The notes under the pieces are model-generated. The model did not search any database. It saw only the letters and a list, made by a program, of their open reading frames with translations, and was not told where the DNA came from. A DNA stretch of 62,467 bases, the filler included, from Bdellovibrionota bacterium (GTDB lineage: Bacteria; Bdellovibrionota; Bdellovibrionia; Bdellovibrionales; JAEYZS01): NCBI GenBank assembly GCA_963169515.1. It is 6 parts of 6 records of this genome, joined end to end, with 100 filler letters (N's around TTAATTAATTAA, not from the genome) between each part and the next. Parts side by side here need not be neighbours in the genome. Positions count along the whole stretch, not along the records: positions 45,645 to 53,700 come from CAUJEF010000143.1; positions 53,801 to 59,798 come from CAUJEF010000144.1; 4 more parts are not named here. The stretch is one strand, 5' to 3'. Of this stretch, positions 48,144 through 59,153 are shown piece after piece. Position 1 is the stretch's first letter. Each line of letters starts with the position of its first letter. The position numbers and the translations under genes were made by a program.

Positions 48144-48168
48144 ATCGCCTCCAGCGATCATACGTTAG

Positions 48169-48927
48169 TTATCCAAATCTTCCCGTAATGTAGTCTTCGG
48201 TCAGTTTTGCTTTCGGCTGCGTGAAGATCTGCTCTGTTGGCCCAAATTCTATCAGTTCACCCAATAAAAAGAAGGCCGTTTTTGAAGAAACTCGTGATGC
48301 TTGCTGCATATTATGTGTAACCATAATGATGGTAACATACCTCTTCAAATCTTGCAGCAAGGTTTCAATCTTGGCCTTTGAAATCGGATCCAGCGCACTG
48401 GTTGGCTCATCCATCAATAAAATTGGTGGATTCACCGCCAATGCGCGGGCTATGCAGAGCCTTTGCTGCTGACCTCCCGACAAGCTTGTTCCTGGCATTC
48501 TTAGTTTGTCTTTTACCTCGTCCCATAAAGCTGCTTGCTTAAGAGACCTTTCCACAACTTCATCCAGAGCGGATTTCCGTCGAATTCCTGCCAATTTTAA
48601 ACCAATTGCCACATTGTCATAAATGCTGAGAGATGGGAATGGATTTGGTTTTTGAAATACCATTCCAATTTGACGACGGACGCGCACGGGATCCACAGTT
48701 GATCCGTAAATATTTTCGTTTAAGATTTTTACTTCGCCCTCGACTCGCGCGCCAATAATTTCTTCATGAAGACGATTTAAACAGCGAATAAACGTAGATT
48801 TACCACAACCTGATGGACCGATTATCGCCAAAACATCGTTGTGCTGAACTGAAAGTGAAATTCCTTTCAGAATCTGCTGTTCGCCGATCCAAGCCTTGAG
48901 ATTGTTCACTTCGACTAAGTTAGTCAC
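48169..48927 (-). CDS. pstB: Phosphate ABC transporter ATPase
   Basis: [24 protein letters not shown]. Confidence 0.97.
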   Translation of the reverse strand: MTNLVEVNNLKAWIGEQQILKGISLSVQHNDVLAIIGPSGCGKSTFIRCLNRLHEEIIGARVEGEVKILNENIYGSTVDPVRVRRQIGMVFQKPNPFPSLSIYDNVAIGLKLAGIRRKSALDEVVERSLKQAALWDEVKDKLRMPGTSLSGGQQQRLCIARALAVNPPILLMDEPTSALDPISKAKIETLLQDLKRYVTIIMVTHNMQQASRVSSKTAFFLLGELIEFGPTEQIFTQPKAKLTEDYITGRFG

Positions 48928-49789
48928 GAGAATCCCTCATGTTCGAAAAAAAAGATCGGATCACAAGATTTATTAAGAACACAAATATAATTAAAACTAG
49001 TGCCCCCGTCCAGGCTTGCATTTGCCATTCCTCATAAGGGCTAATGGAGTAGGTATAAATCTGCACCGGAAGCGACGAAGTTGGATCTTTGAGCGAACCG
49101 GACCAATACTGGTTATTTAGTGATGTAAACAGTAGCGGCGCAGTTTCACCTGAAATTCGAGCTACACCAAGGACAACTCCCGTCATGATTGCTCCCCATT
49201 TGCCACGAACCAGAATGAAGAGAATGACTTTCCACCGCTGAATCCCGAGAGCCAGCCCTGCCTCGCGATAATGGATTGGCACGGTTTTTAACATTTCTTC
49301 TGTGCTGCGTGCGATAATCGGGCACATTATGATTGCAAGTGCGACGGCACCTGCATAGGCTGAAAATCCACCCATTGGTCGTACCACAACTGTAAAAATA
49401 AAAATACCGATCACAATCGATGGCACGCCCATTAAAAGATCAATCACAAATCGCAGAGTTTTTGAGGATTTTCCATAAGAATATTCAGAAAGATAAACGC
49501 CCGTTGCAATTCCCCATGGTACACCCAACAGCGTCGCCATGCCGATAATTTTTAAACTTCCTAATAACGCATTACCCATCCCCCCTCCGGACTCGCCTAT
49601 CGGCGCGGGAAGAGATGTAAAAAATGTCCAACTCAAGTTATGATATCCTCGTTCTATTACATAATAAAAAATACTAAATAGCGGAGCCAATGCGACAAAC
49701 GCTCCCAAAACAATTAAGCCGATCATCATATAATTAATCAGCTTTCTTCTGTAATCGTTAAAACTAAGAGCGGATGAAAGGGACTTCAC
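48920..49789 (-). CDS. pstA: Phosphate ABC permease PstA
   Basis: [18 protein letters not shown]. Confidence 0.95.
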   Translation of the reverse strand: MKSLSSALSFNDYRRKLINYMMIGLIVLGAFVALAPLFSIFYYVIERGYHNLSWTFFTSLPAPIGESGGGMGNALLGSLKIIGMATLLGVPWGIATGVYLSEYSYGKSSKTLRFVIDLLMGVPSIVIGIFIFTVVVRPMGGFSAYAGAVALAIIMCPIIARSTEEMLKTVPIHYREAGLALGIQRWKVILFILVRGKWGAIMTGVVLGVARISGETAPLLFTSLNNQYWSGSLKDPTSSLPVQIYTYSISPYEEWQMQAWTGALVLIIFVFLINLVIRSFFSNMRDSRD

Positions 49790-50718
49790 TTGCCAACCCC
49801 AGTTCGCATCTGAAATCGCTTTTGAATGATTTTTGCGAATGTGTTCACTGCAAGCGAGACCATTAGCAATACAAGTCCCATCGCCGTTAACGCCGCCAAA
49901 TGGGAACTATTGCTGGCCTCGTTGTATTCATTGGCAATCAGGCTTGCCAATGTTTGTGCCGGGCTGAACAGCGACGGAGAAATTTGAGGGCGGTTTCCGA
50001 TCACCATCGTAACAGCCATAGTTTCACCAAGGGCACGACCCAACCCCAAAATAGATGCACCAAAAATCCCAGACACAGAAGATTTCACAACCGCAAGCTT
50101 CATCATTTCCCAATGGGTTGCTCCAAGCGCAAGCGCTCCCTCGCGGAATAGGTTCGGAACAGAGTAAAAAATCTCACGACAAATAGATGACACCGTGGGA
50201 ACAATCATAATAGCCAAAATAATTCCCGCAGCTAAAACACCCACACCATAGGGAGCGCCATAAAAAAGAGGAATAAATCCAAGATACTTTCCTAAAAATG
50301 GTTCAACACTATTTCGTAGCCACGGAACCAAAACAAACAATCCCCATAAACCGTAAACCACACTCGGAATTGCTGCGAGCATTTCAACCAAAAATGAAAG
50401 TATTTTTTTTATTTTTGAATTTGCAATTTCAGTTACAAAAAGGGCGATACCTATACTGACAGGAACGGCAATCACGATGGCCAAAAGCGAAGTGACAACG
50501 GTGCCATAAATAAACGGAAGGGCGCCAAAGACCCTTGTCACAGGATTCCAATCATTAAGTATAAAAAATTTAAGTCCGAATTTTTCAAAGATCGGAAAAG
50601 ACACCTTGAGCAGCACCACAACCAGAGCCGCCAAAAGAACCATCGTCCCGTAGCCCAGGATTTTTAGAATCCAATAAAATATTTTATCTGAAAAATCTTT
50701 ATCTTTTTTTTTCATCAA
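49786..50718 (-). CDS. pstC: Phosphate ABC permease PstC
   Basis: LAAIPSVVYGLWG, GRALGETMAVTMVIGN. Confidence 0.95.
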   Translation of the reverse strand: MMKKKDKDFSDKIFYWILKILGYGTMVLLAALVVVLLKVSFPIFEKFGLKFFILNDWNPVTRVFGALPFIYGTVVTSLLAIVIAVPVSIGIALFVTEIANSKIKKILSFLVEMLAAIPSVVYGLWGLFVLVPWLRNSVEPFLGKYLGFIPLFYGAPYGVGVLAAGIILAIMIVPTVSSICREIFYSVPNLFREGALALGATHWEMMKLAVVKSSVSGIFGASILGLGRALGETMAVTMVIGNRPQISPSLFSPAQTLASLIANEYNEASNSSHLAALTAMGLVLLMVSLAVNTFAKIIQKRFQMRTGVGK

Positions 50719-51722
50719 TTAAATTTTATTTGGGTAAGCGCACCCCTTACCTTTTTAATAAGATTGCCTGGAAGCGGCGCATACCCTAAGTTTTTTGCAA
50801 GCTCTTGTCCCGGACCCATTGACCAATTCAAAAATTCAACAAGGGGCTTGCCAATATCTTTTCCCATATTTTTATACACAAGAATATAAGTAAACGCCGA
50901 TATCGGATATGCATTTTTTCCATCGCCGTTTGTTATCGACATTCGAAAGTCTTCCGGCATTGCTTGCAATGTCCCTTGAGCCGCGGCCGTAACAGTGTCC
51001 AAAGACGGGGCTACAAAGGTCCCTGCATTATTCTGAATGTTTACATACGAAAAATGATTTTGTTTTGCATATATCAATTCGACATAGCCAATAGAGCCCG
51101 GGGCCTGCTTGATCAAGCCCGAAACACCTTCATTGCCCTTTCCCCCCAACCCTGTGGGCCATTTTACAGATTTGCCGGACCCAACCCTTTTCGACCATTC
51201 AGGACTGATTTTTACTAAATAATCTGTAAATATCGCAGTCGTACCGCTGCCGTCTGAACGATACATAACTGAAATGTATATGTCCGGAAGCTTTACTTCT
51301 TTATTTGTCGCTTGTAATTTAGAGTCGTTCCATTTTGTGATTTTACCCATAAAAATGTCAGAAATAAGTGCGCCTGTTAGATTCAACTTTGTAATGCCCG
51401 GAAGATTGTAGCTCAATACCACGGCACCAAGAACTGTAGGGATGTGCAGCACTGGAGACTTAGCCATGGAGAGTTCTTCCTCTGACATAGGCGCATCTGA
51501 TGCGCCGAAATCCATTGTCTGATCTATAAGCTGACGAATCCCGCCGCCGCTGCCAATGGACTGATAGTTAATTTGCACGTTCGGTTTTTGCTTGTTGTAT
51601 TCATTAAACCATTTAGAATAAAGCGGATACGGAAATGTTGCCCCCGCACCGTTGATCAATTGAGCCGCGGATGCGTAAGCGTAGAAGGACAAGATTAGGA
51701 CCAGGATCACGAGTCTTTTCAT
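50715..51722 (-). CDS. pstS: Phosphate-binding protein PstS
   Basis: GAGATFPYP, GSGGG, RSDGSGTT, GKGNEG. Confidence 0.97.
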   Translation of the reverse strand: MKRLVILVLILSFYAYASAAQLINGAGATFPYPLYSKWFNEYNKQKPNVQINYQSIGSGGGIRQLIDQTMDFGASDAPMSEEELSMAKSPVLHIPTVLGAVVLSYNLPGITKLNLTGALISDIFMGKITKWNDSKLQATNKEVKLPDIYISVMYRSDGSGTTAIFTDYLVKISPEWSKRVGSGKSVKWPTGLGGKGNEGVSGLIKQAPGSIGYVELIYAKQNHFSYVNIQNNAGTFVAPSLDTVTAAAQGTLQAMPEDFRMSITNGDGKNAYPISAFTYILVYKNMGKDIGKPLVEFLNWSMGPGQELAKNLGYAPLPGNLIKKVRGALTQIKFN

Positions 51723-51777
51723 ACGATCTCCCTATCGGCTAGCTAAATTAAATATACCCAGACCTTAATTTTGAATC

Positions 51778-51795
51778 ATGTTAGGGTTCTGTCAG
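51778..51795 (-). promoter_or_regulatory. Pho box-like direct repeat upstream of pstS
   Basis: Minus strand CTGACAG-AACC-CTAACAT, 11-bp period. Confidence 0.6.
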
Positions 51796-51814
51796 GATTC
51801 CGAGGTGTTTTGAG

Positions 51815-52279
51815 ATGAATTACATAACTATGAAAGGACTGGAAAAACTCAAAAAAGAACTCAAGGAGCTCATGCACGAAGAGCGCCCCAAAGTCGTAGC
51901 GACTGTGGCATGGGCGGCAAGTAACGGCGACCGAAGCGAAAATGCGGATTATATTTATGGCAAGCGACGCCTTCGTGAAATTGACAGACGCGTGGCTATT
52001 TTGACAAAAAAAATTGAAGACGCTAAGGTCGTAGACCCCACCCAAGTGAAATCAAAAAAAATTGTTTTTGGCGCGACCGTAACAATTGTCAACGAAAGTG
52101 GCGTTGAAAAAACATATCAGATTGTCGGCGAAGATGAGATCAATATTGAAAACGGAAAAATCTCTTGGAAATCCCCCATTGCAAAAGCCCTGATTGGCAA
52201 GTCCGTCGGTGATGAAGCTGTCGTTCAAAAACCTGCGGGCCCAGAAACTCTTGAAATCCTTGAGGTTGAGTTCATTTAG
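51815..52279 (+). CDS. greB: Transcription elongation factor GreB
   Basis: WAASNGDRSENADYIYGKRRLREIDRR. Confidence 0.95.
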   Translation: MNYITMKGLEKLKKELKELMHEERPKVVATVAWAASNGDRSENADYIYGKRRLREIDRRVAILTKKIEDAKVVDPTQVKSKKIVFGATVTIVNESGVEKTYQIVGEDEINIENGKISWKSPIAKALIGKSVGDEAVVQKPAGPETLEILEVEFI

Positions 52280-52284
52280 AACCC

Positions 52285-52313
52285 TTGACCCGTAGACCTA
52301 ATGGGCATACATT
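52285..52313 (+). promoter_or_regulatory. sigma70 promoter of tatA
   Basis: TTGACC-N17-TACATT. Confidence 0.65.
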
Positions 52314-52328
52314 CGTGACGAGGTTTTA

Positions 52329-52535
52329 ATGAGCTTAGGCCCAATGGAAATCATACTGATCCTTGCGATCGTTCTTATATTTTTCGGCCCAAAACGTCTC
52401 CCGGGCCTTGGAAAGGCTTTGGGAGAAGGAATTCGAAGCTTTAAAACGGGCTTAGACGACAACAAAACCGAAAAATCAATCAACGCAGCATCACACGACG
52501 ATACCGATGCTACAAAGACCAACAAAGATTCCTAA
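52329..52535 (+). CDS. tatA: Twin-arginine translocase TatA
   Basis: FFGPKRLPGLGKALGEGIRSFK. Confidence 0.95.
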   Translation: MSLGPMEIILILAIVLIFFGPKRLPGLGKALGEGIRSFKTGLDDNKTEKSINAASHDDTDATKTNKDS

Positions 52536-52595
52536 CCATTTACAACCCTAAAATCGAGTACTACAGTTAAAGCATACAACATAGGGTGACCATAT

Positions 52596-53700
52596 ATAGA
52601 ACAACACAAGACGAGCTCTCATCACAATCGCATAATCGCGCTAACCATTGGCGCCCTGGGTGTCGTTTTTGGCGACATTGGAACGAGCCCTCTTTATGCT
52701 TTCAAAGAATGCTTTGATCCCCAGCATCACTTTATTTCGCTAAATAACTTAAATATTCTGGGCGTGCTTTCCCTTATTATTTGGACCCTGATTTCAGTTG
52801 TCTGCTTAAAATATATGATTTTTATTTTGAGTGCCGATAACGAGGGCGAAGGCGGAATCTTGGCTCTCACGGCTCTTCTTGGTTTCAATAAAAATAAGGA
52901 AATTACGAAAAAAGGGCTCATGTTTGTGCCTCTTGGGTTATTTGGTGCAGCTCTTTTATTTGGCGACGGCATTATTACGCCGGCAATTTCCGTACTTTCT
53001 GCGGTAGAAGGTTTGAAAATCGCGACACCTGTCTTTGATCCATATGTCATTCCGATTACATTTGTTGTCATCATCGGACTATTTATGTTTCAGCATTTTG
53101 GGACTGGGCGTATTGGTGCCTTTTTTGGCCCCATCGTTTCGCTTTGGTTTTTCACCATTGGCGCCCTAGGGGTCCACGGAATTTGGAAGAACCCAGATGT
53201 CTTATCGGCATTTAATCCTATGTACGCTTATGACTTCATAAAAATAAACGGCGTCGAAGGTTTTTTTGTTTTAAGCTCGGTGTTTCTCGTTGTTACTGGA
53301 GCTGAAGCTCTGTATGCAGATCTGGGCCACTTTGGAAAATCTCCAATTCGATTTGTTTGGTTCGCTCTGGTTTTTCCAGCATTGCTACTTAATTACTTGG
53401 GGCAAGGTGCACTCTTAATGACCCAACCAGAAGCATCTGCAAATCCATTCTTTTTATTAGCCCCGCCCAAGATGGTGATCCCACTTGCAATACTCGCGAC
53501 AGCCGCGACGGTGATCGCATCACAGGCTTTAATTTCTGGAATTTTTTCTCTTACTCGCCAGGCGGTTCAACTCGGATATCTGCCTCGGTTAAATATCATC
53601 CATACATCTCATCGCGAAATCGGTCAGATCTATGTCCCCGCTGTAAACTGGGCGCTGATGGTTGGCGTTCTATGGCTTGTTTTTGAATTTAAATCTTCTG
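52596..53700 (+). CDS. kup: KUP/HAK/KT potassium transporter (3' truncated; apparent ATA start)
   Basis: GVVFGDIGTSPLY, ADNEGEGG, GAEALYADLGHF, GQIYVP. Confidence 0.92.
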
Positions 53701-53800
53701 NNNNNNNNNNNNNNNNNNNNNNNNNNNNNNNNNNNNNNNNNNNNTTAATTAATTAANNNNNNNNNNNNNNNNNNNNNNNNNNNNNNNNNNNNNNNNNNNN
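53701..53800. other. Artificial contig linker
   Basis: N44-TTAATTAATTAA-N44. Confidence 0.98.
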
Positions 53801-53808
53801 CCATCTAA

Positions 53809-54384
53809 ATGGGATTTAATCCAAAAGATCATTACTTTCATAAGGCAAAAGAAGAGGGTTACCTCGCCCGTTCGGCTTATAAACTAAAAGAGATTCAAAA
53901 TAAATACCGTGTCATAAAAAAATCAGACAAAGTTTTAGACCTCGGTTGCGCACCGGGCTCGTGGAGCCAAGTCGTGCTTGAGCTTATAGGAAATAATGGA
54001 TTTTTGCTTGGTATAGATCTAACCCCAGTTACTCTAATCAAGCCGAATGCAAAATTCATTGCCCAGGATATTTTTACTTTTGAACATGATAAATTTGAGG
54101 GTGCCCCTTACAATTGTATTCTGAGCGATATGGCCCCGAAGACCACGGGTATTGCTTTTACAGATCAGGCTCGATCTGAAGAGTTGTGTTTGAAGGTTAT
54201 AGAACTAAGTGATGTGGTGCTTTTGAAAGGTGGCTTTTTGGTGATGAAATTATTTGAAGGGGGTGGGGCTGGCAAAGTAGCCTCCGAAATAAAGAAAAGA
54301 TTCGAAAAGCTAGAGCGTTTTAAGCCTCAAGCGACACGCTCTATTTCAAAGGAAATCTATGTTATTGGGCTTAGAAAAAGATAG
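53809..54384 (+). CDS. rlmE: 23S rRNA Um2552 methyltransferase
   Basis: RSAYKL, DLGCAPGSWSQ, SDMAPKTTG, SKEIY. Confidence 0.93.
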   Translation: MGFNPKDHYFHKAKEEGYLARSAYKLKEIQNKYRVIKKSDKVLDLGCAPGSWSQVVLELIGNNGFLLGIDLTPVTLIKPNAKFIAQDIFTFEHDKFEGAPYNCILSDMAPKTTGIAFTDQARSEELCLKVIELSDVVLLKGGFLVMKLFEGGGAGKVASEIKKRFEKLERFKPQATRSISKEIYVIGLRKR

Positions 54385-56265
54385 CTAGGACAAGATTTTA
54401 TAAGTGCCAACAGCCAGTACATAGGCCACAACATTCAGAACAACCAGCTGAATGATAGCAAAACTCCAGGAGCGCATTTCACGTATGGCAACGGCGGACG
54501 TAGAAATACATTGCAATGCAATCATAAAATAAATAAGCAGCGCCGTTACTGAGGCTGTAGTGAAAACTTTTTGTCCGTCAGATCTTTCTGCATTGTGCAT
54601 TTTTTCCAGCAAAGAGTTTTGCATCGAGGCTTCGTCACTGCTTTCGCTTATGTTAAAAATTACTGATAGAGTTGACACAAAAACTTCTCGCGCCGCAAAC
54701 GCTGATAAAAGCCCCACGCCAACACGCCAATCAACGCCCATGGGTTCGAAGACAGGTTCGATTGCTCGTCCCATTTGACCAAAGTAGCTTTGCTCTAGCC
54801 GATGGGTTGCATCTGGTGCATCTGCTTTTGGAAAGCTGGAAAGAGTCCAAATTAAAACCGATAGAGTAAAAATGACAGGCCCTGCACGTGTCGCATAGGA
54901 TCTTGTTTTTACTATTGCATTTTTTAAAACTACTCTGAAATTTGCTCGTCGATACAGGGGTAATTCCAACATGAAAAAGGACTTGGCCTCTTTTTTTAGC
55001 ATACGATTTAAAATTGCGGCTGCTATGGCACCAACAAGCAGTGCTCCAAAATATAACGCTGCAAGAGCAAGCCCTGGTTTCCATGCCGCCTGACCTAAGA
55101 ATACAAAACTCAAAAGCAAGGCATAGACAGGAAGCCTTGCAGAGCAAGTCATCAAAGGAATAATGAAATTTGTAATCCAGCGTTCACGTTTGTTGCTGAG
55201 GGTTCGCGAGGCCATCATTGCCGGAACGGCACAAGCAAACCCCGACAAGATCGGAACGAAGCTGCGCCCGTTTAATCCCAGCTTTGAAAATGGTTTATCA
55301 ATTAAAGTTGCCGCTCGAGCCAAGTATCCAGAGTCTTCTAAAATTCCGATTCCGAAAAACAAAATAAAAATTTGAGGAACAAAAACAAGTACTGCGCCAA
55401 AGCTAGCAATAATCCCATCCGAAAGAAAATCGCTAAGCAAGCCATCGCCCAGTGTTTTTTTTGTGATTTCTGCGAGCCAAGAAAACACCCCGTCAATAAC
55501 ATCCATAAAAGGTGCCGCCATCCAAAAGATCGAAGAAAATAACACGATCATTACGGCAGCAAATATAAAAAGGCCAGCGACAGGGTGTAATAGTATTTTG
55601 TCGATGCGCGCCGTCTTTTGAAAAATAGAAAGCTTCCCATTTTTTTGTTTGGTGATCAAATTTTTTGTCAGAAGTTCGAGTTCTTTTAGAATGTTTTCTC
55701 GTTTGTCTTCGTTCCAATGTTCAAGTTTTTTAACGACAATATTTTTATTTTGAGTCTTTTTAAGGCTTTCAATTAATTCTGGGACTCCACCACCTAAGGT
55801 TCCGTCTATGCCAACCACCTGGCAGTTAAATATTTTTGCGATTTTATCCAGGTTCACATCCATATTGTCTTTGCGTAAAAGATCTATCATGGTGAGTGCG
55901 ATGGTGTACGAATACCCAGCTTCTTGGAGCTGTCGAACCAGGTACAAGTTGCGAGCAAGCTGTGTCGCATCGACGACAATGACCACATGGTGAATGTCTG
56001 AACTTTTCTTTTCAAACAACACCTCGTGAGTGACAAGTTCGTCGCTACTTTTTGGAAACAAACTGTAAACGCCCGGAGTATCAATTATATCGATATCAGC
56101 GCCATAACGGGTGTGGGCCCTACCTAAATTGTAATCGATCGTTGATCCTGGGTAATTCACAGTTCGAAATTTTGAACCGGTAATCCAATTGAATAAAGTA
56201 GTCTTTCCCGAATTGGGGGGACCAACAAGAGCTACGGTATTGCGAGCTGTTTCAGTTGCAGACAT
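54385..56265 (-). CDS. feoB: Ferrous iron transporter B
   Basis: GPPNSGKT, NYPGST, DTPG, EDSGYLAR, CSARLPVY, FAAREVFV. Confidence 0.95.
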   Translation of the reverse strand: MSATETARNTVALVGPPNSGKTTLFNWITGSKFRTVNYPGSTIDYNLGRAHTRYGADIDIIDTPGVYSLFPKSSDELVTHEVLFEKKSSDIHHVVIVVDATQLARNLYLVRQLQEAGYSYTIALTMIDLLRKDNMDVNLDKIAKIFNCQVVGIDGTLGGGVPELIESLKKTQNKNIVVKKLEHWNEDKRENILKELELLTKNLITKQKNGKLSIFQKTARIDKILLHPVAGLFIFAAVMIVLFSSIFWMAAPFMDVIDGVFSWLAEITKKTLGDGLLSDFLSDGIIASFGAVLVFVPQIFILFFGIGILEDSGYLARAATLIDKPFSKLGLNGRSFVPILSGFACAVPAMMASRTLSNKRERWITNFIIPLMTCSARLPVYALLLSFVFLGQAAWKPGLALAALYFGALLVGAIAAAILNRMLKKEAKSFFMLELPLYRRANFRVVLKNAIVKTRSYATRAGPVIFTLSVLIWTLSSFPKADAPDATHRLEQSYFGQMGRAIEPVFEPMGVDWRVGVGLLSAFAAREVFVSTLSVIFNISESSDEASMQNSLLEKMHNAERSDGQKVFTTASVTALLIYFMIALQCISTSAVAIREMRSWSFAIIQLVVLNVVAYVLAVGTYKILS

Positions 56266-56456
56266 TGGGCCTCTTCCTCCCTAAGTGAAATGTGGGTTTG
56301 ATCGAGTTCAACCACGAGCGGTCCTCTAAAGGGCAGTTTTTGAATAAATCGAATTTTTTTTTCTTTGCGAAAGCCCATTTCAGACAAGCGTTCGAGGAGC
56401 AAGGCATCACCAGAGAACCCAACAATTTCATAGAAAGTATCTAACGAAATATCCAC
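56232..56456 (-). CDS. feoA: FeoA
   Basis: RLSEMGF, PFRGPL, ISLREEEA. Confidence 0.9.
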   Translation of the reverse strand: MDISLDTFYEIVGFSGDALLLERLSEMGFRKEKKIRFIQKLPFRGPLVVELDQTHISLREEEAQCLQLKQLAIP

Positions 56457-56553
56457 CCATGAGCCTCCGGTAATTGCGATATTAGTATCAGCGGTCGTGG
56501 GAAATGAGAATGGATTTCTCTTCTGGACGCCTTATTGAAAATCAGTTGATAAG

Positions 56554-56585
56554 ACATGGGCACACCATTTGTGACGTGCCCATGT
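56554..56585 (-). terminator. Hairpin downstream of hppA, probable terminator
   Basis: ACATGGGCAC...GTGCCCATGT 10-bp stem; weak U-tract. Confidence 0.6.
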
Positions 56586-56603
56586 TTTCAAATGCTTCTG
56601 ATC

Positions 56604-59006
56604 TTAGTCGTTTTTGATTCTCATACCAAAGAAGGATCTCCATACGAAAAACAATGCGACCACTAAGAATATAGTTCCCAAAATTGCGGGTAAGGATGGG
56701 CTTGTGTGTTTTGCCTCAACGGCAATTTCAACAGCTAATAGCCCAAACAATGTTGTGAATTTGATGATTGGGTTCAAGGCGACTGAAGACGTGTCTTTGA
56801 ACGGATCTCCGACGGTATCTCCAACAACCGATGCGTCGTGGAGTGGTGTACCTTTCTCGCGCAAATCGACTTCAACCAATTTTTTTGCGTTATCCCATGC
56901 TCCACCCGCGTTTGCCATGAACATGGCTTGGAACAGACCAAACACGGCAATGGAAACAAGATAGGCAGCAAAGAACTCAGGCTCAAAAAACGCAAAACTC
57001 AATGTAAGCGTGAAAATTACCATAAAAATGTTAATCATTCCGTACTGGGCGTACTGGGTACAAATTTTCACAACTTCATTTGAATCTTTTTCTGATGCTT
57101 TGCTTGCGCCTTCAAGCTTGATATTCTTTTTAATGTATTCAACGGCTCTATGAGCGCCCGTTGTAACTGCTTGAATTGATGCGCCCGTAAACCAGTAAAT
57201 AACCGCGCCCCCCATTACGAGCCCGAATAACACGGTCGGTGCTAATAAATCCAATTTTAAATTCAACATCAAAATAATTGAAAATATCATTGTTGTCGCG
57301 CCGATGACTGCCGTGCCGATCAGTACGGGCTTTGCCGTCGCTTTAAATGTGTTTCCGGCGGAATCGTTTTCTTCGAGAAGGTGTTTTCCCCTTTCAAAGC
57401 TTGGATCAAATCCGAAATTAGATTTAATATCGGTTTTAACATTCGGAACCTGTTCAATTTGCGACAATTCAAAAATAGATTGAGCGTTGTCTGTTACAGG
57501 ACCGTAGCTGTCTACGGCAATCGTTACAGGGCCCAGTCCCAACATACCGAACGCAACGAGACCGAATGCAAAGACCGATGGATAGATCATAAATGTATCA
57601 AGGCCCATCTGCGATACTTTGTATGCAACAAACATCAGTATGACCATTGTAAAGCCTTTCCAGAATGCGGAAAAATTACCTGCAACAAGGCCTGAAAGGA
57701 TGTTTAACGATGCACCACCTTGGCGTGAAGCATTCACGACCTCGACTACGTGTTTCGACTTTGAAGATGTAAAGATTTTTGTAAGTTCTGGAATTACGGC
57801 TGCAGCAATTGTTCCACACGAAATGATTGTTGAAAGCTTCCACCACATTCCATCCGTCATATCACCGATAATCAAATAGCTAACTGTATAAGTAACGATG
57901 ATGGAAAGAATTGAAGTGATCCAAACGAGGGTTGTCAGTGGCAATTCAAAATCAAATTTATCTGCATTTCCAAATTTTGCTTTCGCCCATAGTCCATTTA
58001 CCCAGTACGAGGCGATGGATGTTACAATCATAAGAACGCGCATTGCAAAAATCCAAACAATCAATGAGCCTTGAAGCAATTGACCATTTGCCATCGGCGC
58101 GTGAGTTCCGTCCGGATTCATAGACATACCAACAGCAAGGACGATAAATGTGATCAATGCAACGCCAGTTACGCCGTACGTTTCGAATCCGTCTGCCGTA
58201 GGCCCGACAGAGTCGCCCGCGTTATCTCCAACGCAGTCTGCAATTACGCCCGGGTTACGAGCATCGTCTTCCTTAATTTTAAATACGATTTTCATTAGAT
58301 CTGAACCGATATCTGCGATTTTTGTGAAAATGCCACCGCAAATACGAAGCGCAGATGCACCCAAAGATTCACCGATTGCAAACCCAATAAAGCAGGCGCC
58401 CGCGAATTCTGCTGGAACAGCCAGAAGGATAAAAATCATCATGAAAAGCTCTACGCAAATCAACACCACCCCAATCGACATACCGGAGCGAAGGGGGATG
58501 TCCATAACGGGATAGGGTTTTCCTTTCAGAGAGGCAAAAGCCGTCCGAGAATTTGCGTATGTATTGATACGAATACCGAACCAAGCAACTGAGAAAGATC
58601 CCAAGATTCCAAGGATTGACCATAGTAAAATCAAGCCCACGCGACCGAAATCGAAACCACGCAAAAAGCCAAAGTAATAAATTATACATGCGCCAATAAA
58701 GACTTCGAGAAGGATTAAAAGTTTACCCTGCTGTAGAAGATATGTTTTACAAGTCGTGTAGATCAGGTGTGGATCATCTAGCATCGCCTGATGGGCAGGG
58801 AGATTTTTCACCTTAACAAATTCAACAACACCAAAAATGAGTCCGAGTACGGAAATCAGAATACCTAACTGGAGAATTCCTGTGCCCGTTAAACCACCCA
58901 AGGCGGGGAACGAGATATTAAGATTGGGAATAAGCAGGTCGGCCTCGCTTGCAAAGCTCGAAATAGGCAACACCAGAACAGCAAACAACGACGCGATAAA
59001 CTTCAT
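56604..59006 (-). CDS. hppA: Membrane-bound pyrophosphatase (divergent type, GNTFKA)
   Basis: GGIFTKIADIGSDL, EDDARNP, DSYGPVTDNA, GGAWDNAKK, GDTVGDPFKDT. Confidence 0.95.
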   Translation of the reverse strand: MKFIASLFAVLVLPISSFASEADLLIPNLNISFPALGGLTGTGILQLGILISVLGLIFGVVEFVKVKNLPAHQAMLDDPHLIYTTCKTYLLQQGKLLILLEVFIGACIIYYFGFLRGFDFGRVGLILLWSILGILGSFSVAWFGIRINTYANSRTAFASLKGKPYPVMDIPLRSGMSIGVVLICVELFMMIFILLAVPAEFAGACFIGFAIGESLGASALRICGGIFTKIADIGSDLMKIVFKIKEDDARNPGVIADCVGDNAGDSVGPTADGFETYGVTGVALITFIVLAVGMSMNPDGTHAPMANGQLLQGSLIVWIFAMRVLMIVTSIASYWVNGLWAKAKFGNADKFDFELPLTTLVWITSILSIIVTYTVSYLIIGDMTDGMWWKLSTIISCGTIAAAVIPELTKIFTSSKSKHVVEVVNASRQGGASLNILSGLVAGNFSAFWKGFTMVILMFVAYKVSQMGLDTFMIYPSVFAFGLVAFGMLGLGPVTIAVDSYGPVTDNAQSIFELSQIEQVPNVKTDIKSNFGFDPSFERGKHLLEENDSAGNTFKATAKPVLIGTAVIGATTMIFSIILMLNLKLDLLAPTVLFGLVMGGAVIYWFTGASIQAVTTGAHRAVEYIKKNIKLEGASKASEKDSNEVVKICTQYAQYGMINIFMVIFTLTLSFAFFEPEFFAAYLVSIAVFGLFQAMFMANAGGAWDNAKKLVEVDLREKGTPLHDASVVGDTVGDPFKDTSSVALNPIIKFTTLFGLLAVEIAVEAKHTSPSLPAILGTIFLVVALFFVWRSFFGMRIKND

Positions 59007-59153
59007 GAGTCCTCCAGACCGATTGAATTTTTGATTTCGGGCAATTTTTATGTTCTAACGCGTATGGAGTCAAAGAGTTAAACGGCTCCAATAAAGATTT
59101 GGGCCGTCAATTGACAAGATGTGTCCCTTCGCCTGCTGCTTAAAAATTACGCT

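Noticed and set aside
56470..56550. Fur box upstream of feoA
   Set aside because: GATATTAGTATC and TGAGAATGGATTTCTC are suggestive, but neither fits the 7-1-7 spacing well enough to call.
58769..58780. Odd DDPH tetrapeptide in HppA as a functional novelty
   Set aside because: More likely local divergence or a compensated sequencing error; cannot be judged without reads.
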